Source of the DNA: Clostridia bacterium
GTDB taxonomy: Bacteria; Bacillota; Clostridia; Oscillospirales; Acutalibacteraceae
NCBI GenBank assembly: GCA_017409845.1
Contig: JAFQRY010000023.1
Span: forward strand, 4,006 to 36,005
Reading direction: 5' to 3'
Length of the DNA: 32,000 nt
The position numbers and the translations under genes are program-made. Under the pieces are notes generated by a model. It had not been told where the DNA came from. It made no database searches and worked only from the letters and a program-made list of their open reading frames with translations. Below, piece by piece: positions 21,148 to 28,133 of this stretch. Positions within the stretch are counted from its first letter, which is position 1, and the number at the start of each line of letters is the position of its first letter.

Positions 21148-22643
21148 TAAAGCATTTCCTCCAGCTCTTTAAGTCCATTGGTGATTTCGTCTTCAAGTGC
21201 AAAAAGTTCCGCCATAATCTCGCTTGTGGGCGGATATTCAACGGCAACGTATTCCGTTTTCTTGTATTTGTTGATTGAAAGGTCATAGTCATTATCAATA
21301 ATTTCCTGCTTGGGCACAAAGAAGCTCTGCTGAGTGCGTTCTCTTTCCGCTTCGCCGTCAGGGTTTCTGAATCGGGCAATAATATCGGGGATATCGTTTT
21401 CGGCAATCTCCGAGCGCTTATCGTCAAGGCTGAAGCCGTCGGCTTTCATATCGTAAAACCATACCTTGTCCGTGCCGCCGTGCTCCGTTTTGGTGAATAT
21501 CATTATTGCCGTTGATACACCCGCATAGGGCTTGAATACGCCCGAAGGCATCGAAACAATCGCTTCAAGGCGGTTGTTTTCTATTATCTCCTTGCGGATT
21601 GCCTTGTGTGCAGTCGATGAGCCGAAAAGTACGCCGTCGGGTACGATACAGGCGCATCTGCCGCCTATCTTAAGCATACGCAGGAACAATGCAAGGAACA
21701 AAAGCTCCGTTTTCTTCGTTTTGCAAACCTTGAGCAAATCAGCCGATACAGTATCATAATCAAGGCTGCCCTTGAAAGGCGGATTGGCAAGGATAAGCGA
21801 ATATTTGCCCTTATCCGCATTCTGGTCGGAAAGGCTGTCACGGTATTCGATATAGGGATTGTCTATGCCGTGGGTCATCATATTCATCGCACCGATACGA
21901 AGCATCGTTCTGTCCATATCGTAGCCGAAAAACATATGATTCATATAGTGGTCTTTTGCAATGCGGTCAAAGAAGATTTCTTCTCTGCGATGCTCTTTGA
22001 GATAATCTCCTGCCGCAACAAGGAAGCCCGACGTACCGCAGGCAGGGTCGCAGATAACCTCGTCTGCCTTGGGGTCCATCATTTCAACCATCATTTTAAT
22101 GATGTGTCGGGGTGTTCTGAACTGTCCGTTAAGACCCGACTGTGCAATCTTTGAAAGAAGATATTCGTATGTATCGCCCTTGGTGTCGCTTCCTTCGGCA
22201 ACAGCCATAAGGTCATAAATCTCGTCAAGTGCAGTAACTACCTTGTCCAGCAGAAGGGGAGTAGGCAACTTGAATATTGCATCGCCCATGTATTTTGAAT
22301 ATGCGCTGTTTTTATCCGAATGAAGATTCTTGATAAACGGGAACACCATTTCCTGCATAACGGAATACATTCTTTCTGCAGGGAAATCGTGGAATACCGA
22401 CCATTTAAGCTGATTGCCGTCTACCTTGCGGTCTCCGATTTCAACTTCACCCGAAAAAATGCTTTCAAAAGGCAAGCCGAGCATTGCACTCTCCTTGGCG
22501 TTGCGGTTATCAGCATCGTCAAGGTCACGGATAAACATAAGGTAGGTTATCTGCTCGATAACATCGAGGGGATTAACAAGTCCGCCTGCCGCAAAAATAT
22601 CCCAAAGGGAATCAATTTTATTTTTAAGTTCGCCTGTAATCAT
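21147..22643 (-). CDS. hsdM: type I R-M N6-adenine DNA methyltransferase subunit (HsdM)
   Basis: N-terminal HsdM_N-like ELKNKIDSLWDIF. AdoMet motif ICDPACGTSGF. Catalytic NPPF (LANPPFKG). The start was placed at ATG 22643 (GGGAGAAAG RBS), 2 nt after the fic stop; the track ORF begins at an upstream TTG. Confidence 0.95.
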   Translation of the reverse strand: MITGELKNKIDSLWDIFAAGGLVNPLDVIEQITYLMFIRDLDDADNRNAKESAMLGLPFESIFSGEVEIGDRKVDGNQLKWSVFHDFPAERMYSVMQEMVFPFIKNLHSDKNSAYSKYMGDAIFKLPTPLLLDKVVTALDEIYDLMAVAEGSDTKGDTYEYLLSKIAQSGLNGQFRTPRHIIKMMVEMMDPKADEVICDPACGTSGFLVAAGDYLKEHRREEIFFDRIAKDHYMNHMFFGYDMDRTMLRIGAMNMMTHGIDNPYIEYRDSLSDQNADKGKYSLILANPPFKGSLDYDTVSADLLKVCKTKKTELLFLALFLRMLKIGGRCACIVPDGVLFGSSTAHKAIRKEIIENNRLEAIVSMPSGVFKPYAGVSTAIMIFTKTEHGGTDKVWFYDMKADGFSLDDKRSEIAENDIPDIIARFRNPDGEAERERTQQSFFVPKQEIIDNDYDLSINKYKKTEYVAVEYPPTSEIMAELFALEDEITNGLKELEEML

Positions 22644-22645
22644 AA

Positions 22646-23722
22646 TCAATCTTTCTCCCTGTTCCAAGTATATGATGTGTATCTGCCGCCGCCGATTTTG
22701 ATGATATCACCGTTTTTAACCAGTTCGTTAAGCGTGCGCTGAATTGTTACCTGACTGATATCGGGGCATTGCTCGGCAATTTCGGATTTTGTAACCTTGC
22801 CGAGTGTATCTTTGATGATGTTTCTGATACGGTCGGGTTTTGAGCCTGCGGTAAGAAGCTTCACCCTCGATGAGAATTCACGGTAAGCCGCCGCAATAAC
22901 TCCGAGCATATAGCGAACAAACGGACCGTAGTCGTTTTTATTCTCGTGCCAACCAAAAGAACTTGACTGCAAAGCTTCGTAATAAGTCTCTTTTGTCTGC
23001 TCAATAATGCGTTCAATACTGATATATTTACCCACAATATAACCTGCACGGTAAAGAAGCAAAAGAGTGAGCAAACGGCTCATTCTGCCGTTGCCGTCAT
23101 TGTGCGGATGAATGCAGAGATAATCAAGAACAAACATAGGAATAAGAATAAGCGGATCCGCATCGCCTTTTGCGAGTTCAGTATCAAACGCTGTGCAGAG
23201 GTTTTCGATTGACTGCTGTGTTTCCCAAGCAGGAACAGGCTGAAAACGCACAAAACGGTTGCCGCTTTCATCTTCTTCTGCAATAACGTTGTCGCTATTT
23301 TTATAGTTACCACCAATAGATTTACCGCTGAATTTATATAAATCACGGTGAAGCTGAAGAATAAACGAAGGTCTGACGGGAATATAGTCATAGTTTTCGT
23401 GAATGGTTGCAAGCACGTCACGGTAACCGGCAATTTCCTGCTCGCTTCTGTTCTGGGGCAGAGCCTTATTCATAACAATCTTTTTGATTCGCTCATCAGA
23501 GGTATAAATACCTTCAATCTTATTTGATGATTCAGCACTCTGGATTTTTGCTATATCAAGCAAGCTTGTTAAAACATCTGCTTTTGCTTCGATAAACAAA
23601 GCCTGCTCACCTTTGTATTCATGGATTGTTGTCAGCAGCGAAACAATATCGGGTTCCAGCAACAACTTCCAGTTTTTGAAATCGTAATTTCTCATTGAGT
23701 TAAACTCACTTTCTGTATACAT
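22646..23722 (-). CDS. fic: Fic/DOC family protein with an N-terminal inhibitory-helix motif and a C-terminal winged-HTH
   Basis: Fic motif HPHNDGNGRMSR (compare HxFx(D/E)GNGRxxR). Inhibitory motif (S/T)xxxE(G/N) present as SNKIEG. C-terminal SEIAEQCPDISQVTIQRTLNELVKNGDI wHTH. Confidence 0.9.
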   Translation of the reverse strand: MYTESEFNSMRNYDFKNWKLLLEPDIVSLLTTIHEYKGEQALFIEAKADVLTSLLDIAKIQSAESSNKIEGIYTSDERIKKIVMNKALPQNRSEQEIAGYRDVLATIHENYDYIPVRPSFILQLHRDLYKFSGKSIGGNYKNSDNVIAEEDESGNRFVRFQPVPAWETQQSIENLCTAFDTELAKGDADPLILIPMFVLDYLCIHPHNDGNGRMSRLLTLLLLYRAGYIVGKYISIERIIEQTKETYYEALQSSSFGWHENKNDYGPFVRYMLGVIAAAYREFSSRVKLLTAGSKPDRIRNIIKDTLGKVTKSEIAEQCPDISQVTIQRTLNELVKNGDIIKIGGGRYTSYTWNREKD

Positions 23723-23737
23723 AATAATCTAATTTAT

Positions 23738-23766
23738 ATTATAGCCACCAATTAATCAAAAATCAA
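23738..23766 (-). promoter_or_regulatory. possible promoter of the fic-hsd operon (would give a very short leader)
   Basis: On the minus strand: TTGATT (23766-23761), 17-nt spacer, TATAAT (23743-23738). The -10 lies only 15 nt from ATG 23722 and no SD is visible, so this is either leaderless-like expression or a wrong start/promoter. Confidence 0.35.
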
Positions 23767-23827
23767 GTTAATTTTATCAAATTTTCAGAAATGATTAAAT
23801 TGAAATGTGATATGTAACAATTAAAAA

Positions 23828-23869
23828 CCCTTCCGGGATGGTTAAAATGACCGTTTCGGAAGGGATTTT
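23828..23869. terminator. hairpin insulating the fic-hsd operon from the xis-int module
   Basis: CCCTTCCG (23828-23835) / CGGAAGGG (23857-23864), flanked by AAAAA upstream and ATTTT downstream (bidirectional appearance). Confidence 0.5.
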
Positions 23870-24172
23870 ATCTTTGAGTTTTTGCTTGATTTTTTAAATT
23901 ATATAATGTAATAAATTTCTTTCAAATATATTGTGCTTTCCAATCTTACATACTTTGTATGATACCGACGAGGCAACAGGAGTTTTATCTGAGAAATCGT
24001 CAAGGGAGATTTCTTGGATGATAAGTAATAACCTTGCCTTTTTATCGAATTGTAAAACCTCCTCTCTACCATAGAAGGATTTAGTTTTTTACAAAAAGGC
24101 GAGTAAAACTGTACTATAGGCAACCGACACAATTTTTTATAAATATTTTTGTATAACGAAAGGATATCAATT

Positions 24173-24376
24173 ATGAATAAAATTCCAAGAATGAGAACAA
24201 TTTCAGCGGCTATCAGGGAAATAAAAGAATCAGACCCAAACAGCTGCTTCACAGAGCACGCTCTTCGCAAAGCGATTTTGACAAAGCACATTCCAACTGT
24301 TATGGCAGGAAAGAAATATCTTGTTGATATGGATGTTGTTTATGCATATCTCGAAAACAACTTTCTGGCAGCATAA
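24173..24376 (+). CDS. xis: excisionase-type small HTH protein (Xis)
   Basis: AAAGGA RBS and ATG at 24173. 67 aa, immediately upstream of the integrase, with the HTH-like segment CFTEHALRKAILTKHIPTVMAGKKYLVD. Confidence 0.7.
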   Translation: MNKIPRMRTISAAIREIKESDPNSCFTEHALRKAILTKHIPTVMAGKKYLVDMDVVYAYLENNFLAA

Positions 24377-24426
24377 AACAAAACATACCATATAAAAACT
24401 CTTGAATACGAAAGGAAAATGAAAAT

Positions 24427-25647
24427 ATGAATAAGTCAAATGTTAATCTTCCCGATTTTAAAATTCCCAATGTTGATGTTCGCGGCGATGCTTACCGTAT
24501 CAGAGTTTCTGACGGCTACGATTCAAATGGCAAACAGAAAATGAGATACAAGACATGGCACCCCGAACCCGGAATGACCGAAAAGCAAATTAAAAATGAG
24601 CTTCTTTGACAGCGTGTTCTTTTTATGGAACAGGTCAAGAAGGGTATGGTTGTCAACAGAAAAATACGCTTTGAAGAGGCGTTCGATGAATGGATTGCTT
24701 TTGCAGGAGAAATGAATATTATTACTCATGCCTCTGCTAAAAGATATAAAACCTGCAGACCGCGTCTTGTTGAAGAGTTAGGGCATTACTATTTGTCTGA
24801 CCTCAGAAAAAAGGATATACAGGCATTTATCAAGAAGATAGGCACCGGCGACAAGAAGAATAAGGGTGCTTCTGAGAAATCTCAAAAAAACTATAAAACA
24901 GTTATATCCAACATTTATAAGTATGCCGTTGACAATGAATATGTTTTTGATAATCCCTGCAAAGATATTAAAATTGTCAAAAAAGAGACCAAACCCAGAC
25001 AGATATACTCGGTAGAAGAAGTTCAGACAATCCTCAATCTGATGGCAGACGAGCCCCTGAAATATTTTTTATTTCACATTTTGGCTTTTTTCTGTGGGTT
25101 CAGACGTGGAGAATTGCTCGGCATTGAATGGGGTGACATTTCGTTTGAAGAAAGAAAAATAAAAATCAGAAGAGCTTCTCTTTACGCAAACGATATCGGT
25201 ACATATACATCTACCCCCAAGACGGTCGGTTCAAGAAGAACGGTTGTTGTTTCGGGCGACGTTATTGATTTGCTGAAACGGTACAAAGCCGAACAGGATG
25301 AATACAAGAAGATGCTCGGCGATGCGTGGATTGACAATGACCGACTTTTCACTCAATGGAACGGTGCTCCGATGGGCACAAGCACTCCGCTTAATTGGTA
25401 CAGAGAGTTCTGCAAGAAGAACAATATAAGATATCTTTGCACTCACTGCTGCAGACATTTCAACATCTCGCTGATGATAAAAAATCACGTTGACGTAGTT
25501 TCAGTTTCAGCGGCGGCAGGTCATAAGGATATTACAACAACTCTTAATATCTATGCCGAAGAATTTGAAGAGGCAAACGCAGCAAGCGTAGAAACAGTTT
25601 CAAGCTGTATTTCAATTCCTTCCGTAACCAAAACAACAGAGGAATAA
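24427..25647 (+). pseudogene. int: tyrosine site-specific integrase interrupted by an in-frame TGA (24607-24609)
   Basis: The ORFs 24427-24609 (arm-type DNA-binding domain, VRGDAYRIRVSDGYDSNGKQKMRYKTW) and 24625-25647 (SAM-like plus catalytic domain, with R...H-x-x-R as HCCRH and the nucleophile Y of NIYAEE as candidate motifs) are in the same frame. They are separated only by TGA: ...KNELL*QRVLFMEQVKKG. Confidence 0.8.
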
Positions 25648-25654
25648 TGAGAAT

Positions 25655-25688
25655 GGGCATTGCACAAGCTCGTGCAATGTCCTCTTTT
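25655..25688 (+). terminator. rho-independent terminator after int
   Basis: GGGCATTGCAC / GTGCAATGTCC stem (one G-T pair) followed by TCTTTT. Confidence 0.7.
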
Positions 25689-25820
25689 CAAGCGTCAAAA
25701 CCGCATAAAACAAGCGAAAACTCATTTGGATGAATGGAATGAAGTTGACAGTAAAATCCGCCCGTGTTATGATAAATTTAATTCAGATAAATAAAAACTT
25801 TAAAATTCAGAGGTATTGTT

Positions 25821-27077
25821 ATGAAATATAATCTTGTTGTTGCAGGCGGAGGACTCAGCGGCGTTGCGGCGGCAGTCAGCGCCGCACGTGAAGGTTTGAC
25901 TGTTTTGCTTGTTGAAAAATCAGGCTGTCTCGGAGGCGCAATCTCCAACAACCTTGTTTACCCCTTTATGCCTTATTGGACGAAGCAAAAAGACGGTAGC
26001 GATATCTGCAAAAAATATCTCTCTCAAGGAATTTTCAAGGAAATGAAAGTGCGTCACGACAGATATGTTGATGATTGCAAAGATCACGAATTCAATTCTG
26101 AATATTTAAAAATAGTTCTTGATGATATGACAGCCGAAGCGGGTGTTGACGTTCTTTTTCACGCTGTTGTATATGATGTAAAAACCGATAACAGAAAAAT
26201 ATCATCTGTTGAAATCACTGCAAAAGCACAAAAAATAACGGTTGAAGCAGATTTCTTTATTGATGCAACCGGTGACGGAGATTTGTTTTATCTTGCAGGT
26301 TGTGATTATCAGTTGGGCCGCGAAAGCGACAGCCTTTGTCAGCCGATGACAACCTGTTTCAGAATGAGCGGAGTTGACCTTGACCTTTTTACCGAAGAAA
26401 GACCCCGTCTGCAAGAGCTTTACAAAGAAAAACAGGCAAAGGGCGAAATAACAAATCCAAGAGAGAACATTCTTGTTTTCTTCGGTGTGGGTGAAGATGT
26501 TCTGCATTTCAACTCAACCCGTGTTGTAATGCTTGACCCGACAAATCCGTTCGATGTAAGCAAGGCGGAAGTTATTGCAAGAAAACAAATTCACGAGCTT
26601 ATCGGATTTTTGAAAGAAAATTCAGCCGCATTCAATGAAAGTGCTTTGATTTCCGTTGCAGTCAACATCGGTGTCAGAGAGAGCAGAAAGCTTAAAGGCG
26701 TTCACATCCTCTCAGGCGATGAACTCATAAACTGCACACGCTTCGAGGATTCAATTGCACTCGGAAATTACGATATAGATATTCACAGTCCTACGGGAAC
26801 AGGCACAAGCCACAGATATTTCGGTGACGGAGAATATTATACTATTCCTTACCGCTCGCTTTTGCCGAAAGAATATGATAATCTTCTTGTTGCCGGTCGT
26901 TGCATTTCTGCAACACACGAGGCTCAGGCATCGGTCAGAATAATGCCGATTTGCTGTTGCTTGGGTGAAGCTGCAGGCACGGCAGTTGCCATAGCGCATA
27001 ACACAAATAAAAATGTGCATACAGTTGATACAAAAGCATTGCAAAAAAAGCTCACGGAAAACGGTGCAATGTTGTAA
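25821..27077 (+). CDS. FAD-dependent oxidoreductase (PF12831-like)
   Basis: N-terminal dinucleotide-binding fold VVAGGGLSGVAAAVSAAREGLTVLLVEK. C-terminal GRCIS...AGTAVA is typical of this family. Confidence 0.8.
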   Translation: MKYNLVVAGGGLSGVAAAVSAAREGLTVLLVEKSGCLGGAISNNLVYPFMPYWTKQKDGSDICKKYLSQGIFKEMKVRHDRYVDDCKDHEFNSEYLKIVLDDMTAEAGVDVLFHAVVYDVKTDNRKISSVEITAKAQKITVEADFFIDATGDGDLFYLAGCDYQLGRESDSLCQPMTTCFRMSGVDLDLFTEERPRLQELYKEKQAKGEITNPRENILVFFGVGEDVLHFNSTRVVMLDPTNPFDVSKAEVIARKQIHELIGFLKENSAAFNESALISVAVNIGVRESRKLKGVHILSGDELINCTRFEDSIALGNYDIDIHSPTGTGTSHRYFGDGEYYTIPYRSLLPKEYDNLLVAGRCISATHEAQASVRIMPICCCLGEAAGTAVAIAHNTNKNVHTVDTKALQKKLTENGAML

Positions 27078-27148
27078 TTACTGCACAGGTTAAGTGCATC
27101 AGACAAATAAGAATTTATCAGACAAAACCCGATCAGTATCCACACAAA

Positions 27149-27177
27149 GGCAACGGTATTTTTGCTGTTGCCTTTTT
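27149..27177 (+). terminator. terminator after the FAD oxidoreductase gene
   Basis: GGCAACGG-loop-CTGTTGCC followed by TTTTT. Confidence 0.6.
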
Positions 27178-27197
27178 ATTTATCAAAGTGGTATAAT
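27168..27197 (+). promoter_or_regulatory. promoter with extended -10 for the glycyl-radical operon
   Basis: TTGCCT (27168-27173), 18-nt spacer, TGgTATAAT (-10 hexamer at 27192-27197), about 27 nt before the GTG start at 27224. Confidence 0.55.
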
Positions 27198-27223
27198 AGA
27201 CTCAGAAAGTTGGTGAGCATAAA

Positions 27224-28120
27224 GTGAACGGAATAATATTTAACATCCAGAATTTTTGCATACACGATGGCGACGGTATTCGCACCTGTGTTTTCCTGAA
27301 GGGCTGTCCCCTCAGGTGTATCTGGTGCCACAATCCCGAAAGCCTTGAAAAAACACCCACACTTTCCTTTAATAAACAGAAATGCTCGTCATGTGGCAGA
27401 TGCCTTGCAGGTTGTTCCGCACGCACAACAGAAAACGGCATACTGAAGATTAACCGTGAAGAGTGTATGAAGTGCGGCAAGTGTACCGAAATCTGCCTTA
27501 ACGATGCCAATGAAGTTATCGGTAATGAAATGGCTGCTTCGAAAGTTCTTGATGAAGTTATAAAAGATAAGATATTTTATGATACATCAGGAGGCGGACT
27601 CACCGTTACGGGCGGTGAACCGTCATATCAGCCTGAATTTACATTGGAGCTTCTCGCTCTTGCAAAGGATGCAGGAATTTCAGTTGCCATAGAAACCTGC
27701 GGTATCGGTTCACGTGAATTCTACGAAAAAGCCGTCGCTCTCGGCACAACTTTTCTGTATGACATAAAATGTATTGACCCCGAACGCCACCGCAAGCTTA
27801 CGGGCTCAGATAATGCTCATATTATTTCGAATCTTCTTTATCTTATGGACGAAGGTGCGGATATCATTATCAGGATGCCCTTGATTCCCGATTGTAATGA
27901 CAGCGATGAGGATATTGCCTTGCTTGCTTATTTCCTTAATAAAAATAAAGCGCAGTACAGATATGCGGAGATTATGCCTTATCATACTCTCGGCATAGGA
28001 AAATCCGAAAAAATCGGTATCAACTCTCCGTATGTTCACGAAAGTGCAAGTGATGCGGATATATCCCGCTGGTGTTCGCTGTTTGCTTCTCACGGCACAG
28101 AAGTGAGAGTATCAACGTAA
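27224..28120 (+). CDS. glycyl-radical enzyme activating protein (radical SAM, with two ferredoxin-type clusters)
   Basis: CxxxCxxC present as CPLRCIWCHNPE. Additional clusters CSSCGRCLAGC and CMKCGKCTEIC. GGLTVTGGEP SAM-binding motif. Confidence 0.9.
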   Translation: MNGIIFNIQNFCIHDGDGIRTCVFLKGCPLRCIWCHNPESLEKTPTLSFNKQKCSSCGRCLAGCSARTTENGILKINREECMKCGKCTEICLNDANEVIGNEMAASKVLDEVIKDKIFYDTSGGGLTVTGGEPSYQPEFTLELLALAKDAGISVAIETCGIGSREFYEKAVALGTTFLYDIKCIDPERHRKLTGSDNAHIISNLLYLMDEGADIIIRMPLIPDCNDSDEDIALLAYFLNKNKAQYRYAEIMPYHTLGIGKSEKIGINSPYVHESASDADISRWCSLFASHGTEVRVST

Positions 28121-28133
28121 AAGAGGTGTCTTT

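Larger units (their letters stand above)
15533..25690. mobile_element. xis-int associated island carrying the fic / type I R-M operon; right end expected just downstream of int, left end unresolved
   Basis: The xis-int pair is oriented with the int 3-prime end toward 25.65-25.8 kb, as in Tn916/ICE-type elements. Defence cargo lies to the left. No flanking direct repeats could be identified by eye. Confidence 0.35.

Noticed and set aside
23899-24291. A 130-aa minus-strand ORF overlapping xis, and the 13735-14279 plus-strand ORFs overlapping the BNR gene start and the small ICE gene.
   Set aside because: They overlap better-supported genes, cross terminator and promoter elements, lack RBSs, and have odd composition.
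24607-24609. TGA recoding (alternative genetic code or selenocysteine) in the integrase.
   Set aside because: Several well-supported genes in the window terminate at TGA at the expected protein ends. No SECIS-like hairpin is evident downstream. A simple CGA-to-TGA nonsense mutation is more parsimonious.
19589-25647. Phase-variable hsdS shufflon driven by the nearby tyrosine recombinase.
   Set aside because: There is only one hsdS gene. No silent hsdS-prime fragments or inverted repeats of hsdS sequence were seen, and the recombinase has xis upstream and an arm-binding domain typical of integrases of mobile elements.
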